Assembly (NCBI RefSeq): GCF_004010195.1
Contig: NC_057750.1
Location: 3,282,761-3,346,760 of the forward strand
Direction: 5' to 3'
Source: Chiloscyllium plagiosum
Taxonomy: Eukaryota
Length of the DNA stretch: 64,000 nucleotides
Below, in pieces: positions 37,451-50,350 of the stretch (positions are counted from its first letter, which is position 1; each line of letters opens with the position of its first letter). The position numbers and the translations under genes were made by a program. The notes beneath the pieces were generated by a model. It had not been told where the DNA came from and searched no databases. It saw only the letters and a program-made list of their open reading frames with translations.

Positions 37451-39097
37451 TATTTTCTATTGATAAATGACAGTGATGGGGAAATGAGATGGTTTATCCA
37501 TCTAGTCTGCAAGTCTGACAAATTCTAGACCAGAAACAAAATAATGCAGATGCAGGACAGGAAGAAGTACAGAAACCATTAGAAATTCTGGCAAAGTTTG
37601 CAGAGAGAGGGACAGGGTTAATGTATTAGGTTTTATGTGGCCTTTCATCAGAGTGTGGTGCATGTGTGGAATGAGCTGCCAGAGGAGGTGGTGGAGGCTG
37701 GTACAATTACAATATATAAAAGGCAATTGGATGGGTATATGAATAAGAAGCGTTCAGAGGGATACAGGTCAAATGTTGGTAAATGGGACTCAATTAATTT
37801 AGAATATCTGGTTGGCATAGGCAAGTTGCACTGAGGGGTCTGTTTCCATGCTATACATCTCTATGACTCTATGACTGAAAATGTAAAATGGGGGAGGGAT
37901 AGCAAAAGAACAAAAGACAATCTATATTTCATCTGACTCTCCTCGTGTTGCTGAAAATAGTCTGAATAAATCCATAGTCCTAAGAGAGCACCTGACCTTG
38001 CATATAATTAAATAAAGGGTAACTTTTCTCCATGCGCTTGTGCCCAAAGGGTACCGAAGCTGCCAGTTGATTTCACTTCGAGTGTGACATGTACAGCAAG
38101 ACGCAGGAGCACACACAAAGGCACTGTCTGACCAAGCTGGCATCAGTCCCAGACCTAAGAGGAGAAAGGACATTCTAGCTCTCTGTTACTCAGTCTTTTA
38201 GCAGCATATTTCTAATTGTCCTTGTGATGCTGCTGAGAATTAGAGAAGGAAATGACATCGTCTTGAGGATCTGGGCCTTGGCTTTGGGACAGAGGCATGA
38301 TTATTAGACGCAATGTTCAAGAAAGCATCTGGAATATTTTATTGACTGAGACATTTGCCTGGATTATAAACTCGGGGGATGGGGCGGAGACTCACACGCT
38401 AGTGTAAATGTCAGGGAGAAACCTGTCTCTGCTTACCCCACTTGCCCCACTTTAACGTTTCAGGCAACGACTCACTTTAGTGTGAGGCACGGCTCCCCTG
38501 CTGTTTGTGGAGCCTCAGCTGGGCCATGGGTGTGTACCCACATGATGCCTCTTCTGTGATTCGTAAAATTGCAGCTGGGCCGGGGAGGGGGTGATCACAG
38601 CCATTGGCACAGCACCCCAATTTACATGTCAATATACAGAGTAATAGGGAATGATTTGTAGGACAGCATGGGCTTAATTTACACTGGTATAAAGAATAAT
38701 TGTCAGGCCGCCATGAGGGTGATTTCAGATTGATATAGAAAGATTGATAGAGTGCCATGGGAGTAATTCACAGAGTGAGAGTGAGTGAGTGATGGTACAC
38801 CATGTGGGCCATTTACAGAGTGACAGGGAGTGATGTAGTGGGCCTTATGTGGTAATTTTCAGACAGGGCATGACTTGGAGGACACAATTGCTTATTGTAC
38901 GCGGTGATAAGAAATGAATAGCAGGAGGTTCTGTGGATAATTAACAAAGTCTTATGGAGTACTTGACATGGAATCATAGAAGAATTATAATAATGATAGG
39001 GAGTGCCTGGATTCCTACCTGTAGGTGTCGCGTAAAATTGAGGCCAGGAGCTTAAGGGCAAGAGGTTCACTGTTTACAGACACAGGTTAGGCTAGAA

Positions 39098-40114
39098 AAG
39101 CACAGCCGGTCAGGCAGCATCCGAGGAGCAGGATAATTGATGTTTCAGGCAGGACCCCTTCATCAGGAATGAGTCTTGTGGGCCAAGGGGGCTCAGAGAT
39201 AAATGGGAAGGGGGTGGGGGTGGGCGGAAGGTAGCTGGGAATGCGATAAGTAGATGAACGTGGGGCTGAAAGTGGTGGTTCAGAGAGGAGGTGGAACAGA
39301 TAGGTGGGAAGGAAGATGGACAGGTAGGACTGTTCAAGAGGGTGGTGCCAAGTTGGAAGGTTGGGACTGGGATAAGGTGAGGGGAGGGGAGGGATGGGGA
39401 AATGGGGAAACTGACCACATGGGAGAAGTGCAAAACCTGAGCCACACCTCCTGCCTCACCTCCGTCCAAGGCCCCAAAGGATCCTTCCACATCTGACAGA
39501 AATTTACCTGTACTTCCACACATCCATTGCACCCAATGTGGTCTCCTGTACACTGGGGAGACAGGATGCTAACTTGCGGATTGTTTCAGAGAACATCTCT
39601 GGGACATCTGCACTAACCAACCCCACCGCCCTGTGGCTGAACACTTTAACTCCCCCTCCCACTCTGCCAAGGACAAACATGTCCTGGGCCTCCTCCATCA
39701 CCAAATCTGAACCACCTGACGCCTGGAGGAAGAACGACCCTCCAACCACACAGGATTGCATCAGTTTCCCCATTTCCTCTCCCTCACCTTATCCCAGTCC
39801 CAACCTTCCAACTCAGCACCGCCCTCTTGAACAGTCCTACCTGCCCATCCTCCTTCCTACTGATCTGCTCCACCCTCCTCTTTGACTTAACACTTTCAGC
39901 TCCATGTCCATCTACCCATCATTTTCCCAGCTACCTTCCCCCCCCCACCAAACCCACCCCTCTCAGCCCCCTTGGCCCGTAGTCTTATTCCTGATAAAGA
40001 GCTTATGCCTGAAACGTCAATTCTGCTGCTCCTCAGATGATGCATGACCAGCTGTGCTTTTCCAGCACAACAATCTCGACTCTGATTTCCAGCATCTGCA
40101 GTCCTCACTTTCTC
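39098..40114 (+). mobile_element. Truncated Penelope-like (Neptune-type) element, family A: GIY-YIG remnant between inverted terminal repeats
   Basis: 39429-39600 reads as degenerate CKT..TSCLTSVQGPKGSFHI.QKFTCTS...CTQCGLLYTGETG..L...F.EHL. TSD CACA(G/T)GTTAGGCTAGAA at 39081-39097 and 40115-40131. Confidence 0.85.
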
Positions 40115-42329
40115 CACATGTTAGGCTAGAACTATAGAACTGCACATAGTCTGCTTGCCAATTTATAAGAAAGAGCTATTTGAGAGGGCACAGAGGAGGC
40201 GAATTAAAGGGAGTGATTTCTGAGACAAGGCTATTTTTACAGATTATTAGGCAAATGTGAAAAGGACATTCAAGGATATACTAAGACTGGAGAATTTTAG
40301 CCATGAGGAAAAATTGGACTGGCTGGTGTTATTTTGTTAGGACCAAAATGGCTGAGAGGGGAATTAATTGAGATGGATAAAATGGTGATAACACTAAATA
40401 GATTGGATAGGAAAAACGTGTTTTCTTTAGCAGAGAGGGATTTAAATTTAAAATAATTTGGAGAAAGGTTAAAAGGGAAGTTGTGGAGAAATGGTTTCAC
40501 CCAGAGGATCGTGGGGTTCTGGAACTCTTGTCTGAAAGGGTGGTAAAGGCAGAAACGTGCATTTACCACATTTTTAAAAAATGTGTGTATGCCCACTTGA
40601 AATGCCATCACAGGGCTACATCTGGGACCTACAAAGTAGGAGTACACTAGGTAGCTCCTTCTTGGCTGTGGTGAAATAATGGGCCGAATGGCCATTTTCT
40701 GTCTCATCAATCTTCCACGTTATGAAAGCATACATTGCTCAGGTGGGTGGAAAAGAGGATTTAGCAGGGTGTGTTCTGTTTTGGTCTCCTTATCTCAAGA
40801 AAGATGTTTTGCCACACTTTCCAGAACCATACCTTTTGACTTCTTCTCAGGATGTCCAAGTGGGCAGGTTGGGGCCATGTTCCCTAGAGTTTCGAAGATT
40901 GAGAGATAATCTCATTGAAATTTGCCAAATTCTTAATAAGATAAATGGAGGTAAGATGTTTCGTCTGATTGGAGGGGAGTCTAGACCTGGGGACGGTGGG
41001 GGTGGACAGTTTAAAAATAAGTGAAATGCCACTTTGGACCAAGATGAAGAGAATGATTTTTACTCAGAGTTGTGAACCTTATTTTAGTATTCAATATTGC
41101 TTTTCACTCTGCACTAAAATAACTGGCCCCAGTCCAGCAGAGTTTGATTGGCATGCTCTGATTGTTTATAGCTTCAGACAGACCGGGTGACCAATCCTTT
41201 GTTAACCTCAAGTCTGTCCTTCTGTCACATACCTCAGCTCCCTTTTCTTATTACAACCATGGGGGATACTTTGCGGAATTACCTCTCCCCTTCTTTCCTT
41301 GTTCCCCTCCCCCCACCTCTTTATTTTTCTCAACTGTAGATATGCCTTTATTTCTTTTACGATGCTAAAATGAAGAGTTATTCACCATCTAATTAATTCT
41401 GCGTTGAAATCTCAGAGCTACGCAATCCTTCCCTCCCTCAGTCCCACTGAAATAGAGTGCTTAAACATTCCTAATCATGACTTCCTGATCTGGCTCCTCT
41501 TAATTCAGCCCACGCAGTGTCTAACAGTTGGATTTCACCTGTCTCTGTCGTTTCTCATTTAAGGAGAAACAAAAAAATCCAAATCCAAAGAGGAAGCAGA
41601 GAATTTTTTTTTGTTTGACCTTAGTTTCTAATTGCTATGGCAGTGGTTGCTGTGATGAATTATAGGATGGAACCTGTCTCTCAGTAATTGACTGGTTCCT
41701 AACGGTAACTCAGCAGCAGAATGTCCTTTTTACATTTGCCTAATAACCTGTCAAAATAGCCTTGTATCAGAAATCACTCCCTTTAATTGGCTGGCTGATC
41801 AATATTTTAATTCATTTATTTCCAAGAATTAGTAATAATGGAGGGGGGAGGGGAGCAGCAAAATGTTTCCCCAGAAAGGATCAGCAGATTTGTCTTCACT
41901 GAGCAATAAGAAACCATATTGCTGTGTTAGGAAAAAGCAGCTGTTATTTTTGCATAGTGTAATAGACCACGTATTTTTCTTTTTTGGGACTATATATTTA
42001 AATGGAAGTTGGAGTGAAATACCAGAAGAGTGTTGCAACTTAAAAAATAAATCATGTGCTGCATATTTCTTGAGCTCTGTGATACTGTGTGGTTTTTGAA
42101 GTGTTTAGAGGGGGAATTCAAGACTGAGCAGCACTGAGAGTCTTTTCAGTTGAAGTAATTCTGCCTGACAACAGCCTCTGATTGAACTGCAGTGTTAAAA
42201 AAGCTCTAAATGTTGGGATAGCAATGGAGGAGAGAAAAACAAAGCGTCCAGGGCCTGCAAATAGAAAGCATCCATCTCTTACTCTCTTTTTGTTTGTGGG
42301 AAAAGAAAGCAGGAATATCTAGAGAGATT

Positions 42330-42883
42330 CAAAGTTTGGGAGAAGATTTGTTGCTCGGGTGCTCGTTGTTGTGGTTCTATTCGCCGAGCTGGGAAGAAGA
42401 ACACCTATACAATGTATTCGCCAAAAACGGATACCCGCGCAATTTCATCAACAGATGCCTAAGGGAAAGACAACGGAACGAGGACGTGCCACAACCCAAA
42501 GGACTAGCCACACTACCATACATCAAGAGCATTTCNNNNNNNNNNNNNNNNNNNNNNNNNNNNNNNNNNNNNNNNNNNNNNNNNNNNNNNNNNNNNNNNN
42601 NNNNNNNNNNNNNNNNNNNNNNNNNNNNNNNNNNNNNNNNNNNNNNNNNNNNNNNNNNNNNNNNNNNNNNNNNNNNNNNNNNNNNNNNNNNNNNNNNNNN
42701 NNNNNNNNNNNNNNNNNNNNNNNNNNNNNNNNNNNNNNNNNNNNNNNNNNNNNNNNNNNNNNNNNNNGGAGGAAAGATCACAGAAGCGCTTCACAGGAGG
42801 CTCCCAAGCACTGAGGATGTCACCTAGACAGGGGACGAAATGTCTGCAACACAAATTCCTAGCTTGGCGAACAGAACTACAAC
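42330..42883 (+). mobile_element. Penelope-like element 3' fragment with short inverted 5' copy and hammerhead
   Basis: EEEHLYNVFAKNGYPRNFINRCL...ATLPYIKSI; 42365-42395 inverted relative to 42856-42885; TSD AATATCTAGA(G/C)AGATT at 42314-42329 and 42884-42899. Confidence 0.88.
42808..42847 (+). ncRNA. Minimal hammerhead ribozyme motif (slightly degenerate)
   Basis: GCA-CUGAGGA-U-GUCACCU/AGAC/AGGGGAC-GAAAU-GUC-UGC. Confidence 0.65.
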
Positions 42884-44676
42884 AATATCTAGACAGATTT
42901 GAAGAAAGAATTCTGAAGCATGGGAAAAAAAATCTGTGTGCACCTGATCAACCATTGAATTGAAGTACAGCCATCACTTCAGATAAAAGCATATCATCAT
43001 TGTTCAAATCAAAAAGACTGTGTGGCCTGGATTTTCAAGAGACAGAACAATAGCTCCATCACTATCATGTCCATTAATGGGTCGAGGTGGTCCAAGTTCT
43101 CAAAAGACCGTTTTGAGACCTAGGTTTACTTAAATTATGGTGTAATCTAGAACATCCAAATATTTTATACTTAAGAATTCAGATGCCTGCAAATGGACAG
43201 ATATGCCAACTGATCCTTTGCTGTATTGGGAATTTTGGAATCTGTCACTACTGAGTTTTGAAATTGTCAGCAGAAGTTCTGAGAATTGTGTTTTAGGTTT
43301 GATTGCAAGTAGCTGTGGAACACCTTAGGTTGTTGAGATGTTATTTTACGAGGACAAATTGCATAGCTCTTTCAAAAGGCTAGTATTGACACAGTAGAGA
43401 GGCTGAGTGGGGAGGTAGTGACAGAATGATATTGTCCACTGGGCTAGTAATCTTGAGACTGAGGTAAAGTTCTGGAGACCAAAGTTCAAATCCCACGTTG
43501 GCAGATGTATAAATACAGTGCTGTCAACACTGCAGCTTCCTCCTTGCCAATATCTGGGGGCTAGTACCAAAATTGGGAGGGGTATCTCACAGACTAATCA
43601 AGCAACAGTCTGATACAGACATGTCCACGGAGTCATACCTTTACACACAATATCCCAAACAACATGATTACCATCTCTGGGTATATTCTGCCCTACTGGG
43701 AGTGATGGTAGAACAGTGGTATACAATCAGGAGGAAGGGAATTGCCCGGGGAGTCCTGTATATTGACTCCAGGTCTTGGGAAGTTTCATTGGCATCAGGT
43801 CAAACCTGGGCAAAGAAACCTCCTGCTGATTATCACTTTCTGCCTGCCCTCGGCTGATGAATCAATACTCGTCCATGTTGAACAGCACTTGGAATGAAGA
43901 AGGGTCGCTGGACTCAAAGAGTTAACTCTGTTCTCTCTCCACAGATGCTCCCAGACCTGCTGAGTTTTTCCAGCACTTTCTGATGAGACATTGAACTGAG
44001 GCCTGTCTTCTCAGGCAAATGTACAAGATCCTGTGGTCCCAGTGTGCAGAAGAACATGGAAATTCTTCCAAATGTCAATATTTATCTTTCAGTTATATTC
44101 ACTAAAGTAGCTTATGTATTCATCTTCACATGGCTCTTTATGAGGTCTCTCTGTATATAACTTTGATGCTGCATTTCCAGCATTACAATAGTGACTTCAA
44201 AAGCACAGCATTAGCTGTAAAAACAAAAGCTTTGAGAAGTCCAGATTTAACAAGGTTAAGGATGTTCTCAAAGGTAGAAAATTGTTGGAAATACTTCATT
44301 CCCCAATTTCAGTGGATGATCCTGTAACTACATCAACGCACAGCTAACTCTCTGTCTGAGATTGCCCATGTAGTGCAGGTTAGTATCAAATTAGGATGCA
44401 ATAAGCCTGGAACTAAGCCAAAAATCCTAGGGATCTCGAAGCCTCTATTTCCACCTGGTGCTATCTGAATGCGTCCAGTGAGCTGGGTTACACCAGCAGT
44501 GAGAGGAAATTTCCAGTCCTTACAGTTTACATTGCAATCGAACCCTAATATTTCCTACATTTAAAAATAATGACTACATTGGCTGTATTTAACAATAACT
44601 GAAGGCAATTACCTTTATATGTAATTAAAGTAAAGTCACCACAGTCCCAAAGGACCACGCAACTGCTGTCTCATTA

Positions 44677-44822
44677 GACAGAGAGAGAGAGAGAGAGACA
44701 CAGAGAGACAGAGACAGAGAGAGAGACACAGAGAGACAGAGAGAGACACAGAGAGGAGTGGTAGACAGAGAGAGAGAGAGAGAGACAGAGACAGAGAGAG
44801 AGACAGAGAGAGACACAGAGAG
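44677..44822 (+). repeat. Compound (GA)n/(GACA) microsatellite inside a SINE-like repeat
   Basis: Direct reading; the internal AGGAGTGGT is duplicated. Confidence 0.95.
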
Positions 44823-45039
44823 GAGTGGTGCTGAGGTTTAGCCTGATGGTCACCATGCCTGAGGCAAAGGGTAAGATTGAGAACCTTCATGGCAGCCTTT
44901 TATTGGCCCCTTTATCATGATAACATGCCCCAAGGAGCTGTACAGGAGCAATTTTATCAAAAATAAATTACCAAGCTCCAAATGGAAGGATTAGGGCAGG
45001 TGACCTAAAGCCTGGGAAACAGAGCTGGCTTTTAAGAGC

Positions 45040-45229
45040 TAGAAAAGCACAGCAGATCAGGCAACATCCAAGGGGCAGGAGAATCAACATTTTAGGCACG
45101 CTTAATTGACACTTATGCCCAAAATGTTGATTCGCCTCCTCCTTGGATGCCGCCTGATCTGCTGTGCTTTTCCGGCACCACACTCTCGACTCTGATCTCC
45201 AGCGTCTGCAGTCCTCACTTTCTCCAAGG
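45040..45229. mobile_element. PLE-derived fold-back element, family A
   Basis: Inverted arms; TSD TTTTAAGAGC at 45030-45039 and 45230-45239. Confidence 0.8.
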
Positions 45230-45864
45230 TTTTAAGAGCATGTGGAAGGAACAGAGTGAGAGGGAATCTCTGAGCTCAGTCCCCAGGTGTGTGAAGGCAC
45301 AGCCGCCAATGACAGAGCAACTAAAATTAAAAGGTACGGAAGAAGCCAGAATTAGAGGAGCTTTGGAGCATGCTGAGGTTGTGAAAGATGCTTAATAAAT
45401 ACTTATCCTTTCTCACTGATGTGAAAGACAAATGCTTCAGTCAGCTGCTACTCTGCCTCGCCCTGCCCCTACTGAGAGTTTAATTTGAAAGCCCTATTTA
45501 GGAAACAGTCTCCAGATTGGTGAGAAATGTGCTTAGCATTTGGCTTTTTAATTATTATTATGGTTTAACTCTTACGCAACTCTCATCTACAACACAGCCA
45601 ATAATTAGCGAATAAAGCCACCTGATTGGGCCTGTAACCTAAACAGAGCACTGGAACATATATTAAAGCCTTAAGTGACTGTGTCAAAGGCAGCTCTCAA
45701 GTAGTCAGTCCCACTGGATGAGTTCACCCATTCCCATCCAATCAGCTCACAAAATCTGCTCTGCCATTCAATGAGATCATAGCTGGTCTGATTATCCTCA
45801 ACTCCACTTTCTTGCCTTTCCCTCATAGCCCTTGACGCTTTTACTGATTAAAAAAAAATCATTA

Positions 45865-46235
45865 TTTTTATTTATTCATTCATAGGATGAGCATGTCGCT
45901 GACCAGGCCAGCAGTTATTGCTTACTCCTAATTTCCCAGAGGGCAGTTAAGAGCCAACCACATTGCTGTAGGTCAGGAGTTACATGTAGGCCAGATGAGG
46001 CAAGGATGGCCATTTCCTTCCCTAAAGGAAAGGGGGGAGAAAAGAGACAGGAGTGAACTAGATGGGTTTTTCATGATAATTGATAACTGTCATAATTAGA
46101 CTCTGAATTCTAGATGTTTATTGAATTCAAATTCCAACATCTGCTGTGGCAGGATTTGAACCAGGTTCTCTAGACATTACCTGGGTCTCTGGATTAACAG
46201 TACAATTATAATAACACTAGCCCATGGCTTCCCCT
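45865..46235 (-). mobile_element. tRNA-derived SINE of a second family (related copies at about 16670-16890, 25050-25280, 51280-51615)
   Basis: B-box GGTTCAAATCC, shared body, ATGAATGAAT-A tail. Confidence 0.7.
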
Positions 46236-46578
46236 ACTTCAGCCTTGAATATGTTTAATGACCCAGCCTCTACAGCCCTCTACGATAAAGAATTCCATAG
46301 ATTCCCTACCCACTGAAAGGAGAAATTTCTCCTCATCTTTGCCTTAAATGTGCAATCCCTTATTCTGAGATCATTCCCTGGTCCTGGATGTGCCCATAAA
46401 GCCTGAGAACCAATCACTTTCCCCATGGCCTCATTGTTATAAGGGACGAGATGATGAGGATAGCTTATCACATCGTGTATTTGTAATTAAACACCCACCA
46501 AGAAAAAAATTGATAGTTGATTTTTTTTTTGTCCGGCGGTGATTAATCTTTTGGAATGTTTTTCAGAAACTGTTGAAG

Positions 46579-46732
46579 ATGACAAAAGAAAATGTGACGG
46601 ATGTTGCTTCGGAGGAAGAGCACAAAGAGCTCCACGAGCAGCAGCCAGCAGAGTTCCAGAGCCCGGTGCTAGAGAGACGCAAGAAACCTGTTGTTCACCC
46701 GTCTGCCCCAGCACCACTGCCCAAGGATTATG
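46579..46732 (+). CDS. CLIP3: CAP-Gly domain-containing linker protein 3, first coding exon (MTKENVTDVASEEEH...RRKKPVVHPSAPAPLPKDY)
   Basis: Acceptor tttcag| after 46566, ATG at 46579, donor GTAACT. KPVVHPSAPAPLPKDY matches CLIP3. Confidence 0.93.
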
Positions 46733-47839
46733 GTAACTGCTTTGAGCTATAATTGGCTTTGAACCTGGTGCTGAGCTCTCAGGTCTGTGACAGTCGCCCA
46801 TCACCAAGGGTCCTAATGTCTGACTCTTTAACCCCATGCACTCTAGTGTGGCCAAACAGCTGCCAGTGACCCTCTTAGAAACACCTCAATCACCTTTTCT
46901 GTTGGTGGCCTCATCTTCCAAGTTGGTCAAGGACAGCGACAAGACATTACAAAGCCACCACAACAGGACAATGGCCATTTACAGTCGATGCAAACCCCTC
47001 ACGCCTTACCTCATTTCAACTCAACATAATGCTCTTTTATTTCAGAACTACACCCAGACCTCTGGTAGGGTGGAACTGTTAGCTGGGAGATACATGGGTG
47101 ATTCCCTACATACTGCGTAAAGCTATCTGCTCCAAATACTTAATATGTCCGCTTTGGCAGAAGCTATGACCATCAGACTTAGGATGAGCATAACCACTTC
47201 CATTTGAACCATGCAATGCCTTGAACCCTTTGGAAGTTACTCGATAAACTATTCCCCTCATCTGCTCAATTGAGCGGTAAAGATTGTGGTTCAGCCGCTG
47301 TGCTCCATGTGATCCTCAACTCTGCTTCTAATGCACTATTCTGTCCATTCCCACTCCTGCTCACTCTCTACAATGCCATGAACTCACATTCAGCACCAGT
47401 GATGTGCACACCCAGATTTTTGTCATCCCCATCTCCTGAGCTGGTTTTCTATAACTGACCCCTGGCTGATATCGTGAGCTCCACTAGCACAAACTCCTAA
47501 CTCATCCTGAAAACAACCAGTTACATCTGCCCAGTTACTGGAAACCCTCTCCAAAACCTTCCTGACTTGGCTCCTTTAAAGCTGTTGTTGGATCATACTC
47601 TCAATAACTCTCTCAGCAAGACTCAATTCTGGAGGCATTTCCCACAGCAGAGATGTTAGACAAGTGTGAATCATTAATGGAAATGTAGTTATCTCGTTCC
47701 TTGCCATGTGCAGGGGCTTCAGTTGCTGTTGTATGTGGGATCTAGATCCCGAAGGTGGTCCTGGATCTTTGGGTGCTCACCTATGCGTGGCAACAGGTTA
47801 ATACAACACAGTAATTGGTTGAAATGTGTTTCTGTGCAG

Positions 47840-47979
47840 CCTTTACATTCTTTGACCCAAATGACCCGGCCTGCCAAGAAATCCTATTTGACCCCCAGAC
47901 TACCATTGCTGAGCTCTTCGCTATCATCAGACAGTGGGTGCCCCAGGTGCAGCATAGGATCGATATCATCGGAAGTGAG
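47840..47979 (+). CDS. CLIP3: CLIP3 coding exon 2 (AFTFFDPNDPACQEILFDPQTTIAELFAIIRQWVPQVQHRIDIIGSE)
   Basis: 140 nt, CAG acceptor and GTGAGT donor, near-identical to vertebrate CLIP3. Confidence 0.97.
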
Positions 47980-49436
47980 GTGAGTCAGTGTGTATGTTCT
48001 TCTGGGAGCTGACTTTATTTGAATCTGCCGCACAATTAGAAACACTGTTTGGGAAGATTGTAAACCGAAAAGATTTAAAAACTAAGGAAATGCCTGACGT
48101 TAAAAACAGGTTCCTGTACAATTTAATCTTAATACAGTGACCAAAACTTTTGGAATTACCTTCTAAATCCATGACTGCTCTCATCCAGAAGGATAAGGCC
48201 AGTAGATAACATGGGAATACCACTTCCTACAAGTTCCTTTGCAAAGCACTCACCATCCTGACTTGGAATTACCTTGGGTGTTCTTTCAGTGTCACTAGGT
48301 CAAAATCCTGGAGCTCCCATTAAGAATGTACCTATAGCACACGGACCTCAGCCATTCACCACTACCTTCTCAAGTGCAATTAGGGATAGGTCGTAACTGC
48401 TGGCCCAGCCAATGAAGCCCATATCCCATGAATTGCTTGAAGAAAATTGCTTAATTTTAATTGAACAGATCAAGAATTGGTGATCTCAAGTAATTGATGT
48501 GATTAGCTTCAGTCTGAACTCCTAATTCAGTCTGACATTGAAACAATGGTCTGTTGGGGTCAAAAGCCTCAGATCTAGATCTTGCATTAAAATTAGGGAG
48601 ACTGGCAATGCAATCTCTTTAATTGTTTCTTAATGCCTCAGTGCTCATGAAAGGAATAAGCAGATTTCATGAAGAGGACAGTAGCTTTTCAGTAATTGAA
48701 CTGCTCTTCACGGGAGGGCAAGCACCAGGTCATTCCTATGGGTGGTCTTCAGTATGCTTTTAAACAACAGCATTGGTGTGTGAGTGGCTGTTGTGCACTG
48801 ATATTTGTTTTTTGGATGTACAGGCTTGGTACAATAACGTACAGAGGTAATGTGAGGATTTCTGCAAAGAGTAACCTTTCTCCAATTTGTTTCTCAACCA
48901 GTTTAGTATTTGTTCCCGTTTAGGGTTTTATGGAAGAGTTTGATTTTTTGATGAAATAGTTTGATGGTGTTCACTTTTGTGTGGATATACAAAATGACAA
49001 TGGCCTGTTACTACTCTGTAGTGATTATTCTCTGTCTAAGCTTTCTCCTGCCTTCCTTCACTCAAACCTACCAGTGTCTGCAATGTCCTGAGGGAATACA
49101 CCCTGAGTAGGTTGCCCATTAGGCCCAGCATGCCAGATACTGTCTGACCTCAGGCCTGTGGAAGCTTTGTCTTATGAGACACAGCTGTTACTCAAGGGGT
49201 GACATTGCTGGGATATTCAACACCGTGACCCACAAGGTCCAAGGGTTTGAATCTCTGGGATGAGAGGAGTGAGGTATTACTGGACAAACTGCCCAGAGAT
49301 GGGATAAAATGGTGCTCAGGGAGATTTACAAACTTTGTAGGAAATACATTAGGCACATATATAATGGGCTGAATGAACTGGACTGTTCTGATTCTGTGAA
49401 CAGACATGGTCATTGACTATCACTCGGTAACAAGAT

Positions 49437-49825
49437 ATAGAGTCATAGAGATGTACAGCATGGAAACAGAACCTTCAGTCCAACTCTTCCATGCTAACCA
49501 GATATCCCAACCCAATCTAGTCCCACCTGCCAGCACCTGGCCCATATCCCTCTAAACCCTTCCTATTCATATACCCATCCAAATGCCTTTTAAATGTTGC
49601 CATTGTACTAGCCTCCACCACTTCCTTTGGCAGCTCATTCCATACATGTACCATCTTCTGAGAGAAAAAGTTGCCCCTTAGGTCTCTTTTATATCTTTTC
49701 CCTCTCACACTAAACCTATGCCCTCTAGTTCTGGACTCCTGCACCCCAAGAAAAAAGACTTTGCCTATTTATCCTATTCATGCCTCTCATGAATTTTATA
49801 AACCTCTATCAGGTCACCCCTCAGC
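49437..49825 (-). mobile_element. Young CR1 3' end
   Basis: ORF 49517..49744; very similar to 9679-10062. Confidence 0.88.
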
Positions 49826-49879
49826 CAAGTCAGTTTGTCCACCTCAGTAATTTCATGTCAGTAGCCTCTGGGTTCAGTG

Positions 49880-50350
49880 GATCCTTGTGTGGCTGATGAC
49901 CCCAATCCTAGAGCCATTTCTCTGACCACACACTGGGCAGATGCTCCTGGGAGGTGGAAGTTGTCCTTGTCCTTGAGATCGTTGGCATTCCTTTCTTGTT
50001 TTCCTTTTCAGTGCTTAGTCTTGGCAAGGTGGGTTCTCAAATAATTGTGCCCTTTAATGACAGAGATTCCTCCATGTCAGTTTCTTCTGAATGATGGTCT
50101 CCTGTGCATTGATATCTATGATGCATTTCTTGTGGGAAGCCCCCTTTCATTTGAGTGACTCCCTTGAGCTGGGTGAAGAGGATGGTTTTTGGCAGTCAGT
50201 ATTCCAAGCACGTGGCAGCCCGACAGAGTTGGTTTCGGATGATCATAGCATTGATGCTGGTGATATTGGCTGCTTTAAGGATACTGGTGTTAGTATGCCT
50301 GTCCTCCTAGCTGATGCAGAGAATTTGTCTCAAACAACATTGACGGTATT
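49880..50350 (-). mobile_element. Degenerate RTE-clade LINE C-terminal fragment
   Basis: Minus translation LRQILCIS*EDRHTNTSILKAANITSINAMIIRNQL...LPKTILFTQL resembles the RTE ORF end. Confidence 0.6.

Noticed and set aside
38395..38690. MITE-like inverted TAGTGTAAAT / ATTTACACTG motifs
   Set aside because: Match too short, and no boundaries or TSD could be defined.
40202..41788. DNA transposon bounded by 70-bp TIRs
   Set aside because: No TSD, and the CR1 outside the left arm continues directly inside it.
44625..44890. Ser/Leu/Cys-rich ORFs
   Set aside because: Translations of the (GA)n microsatellite.
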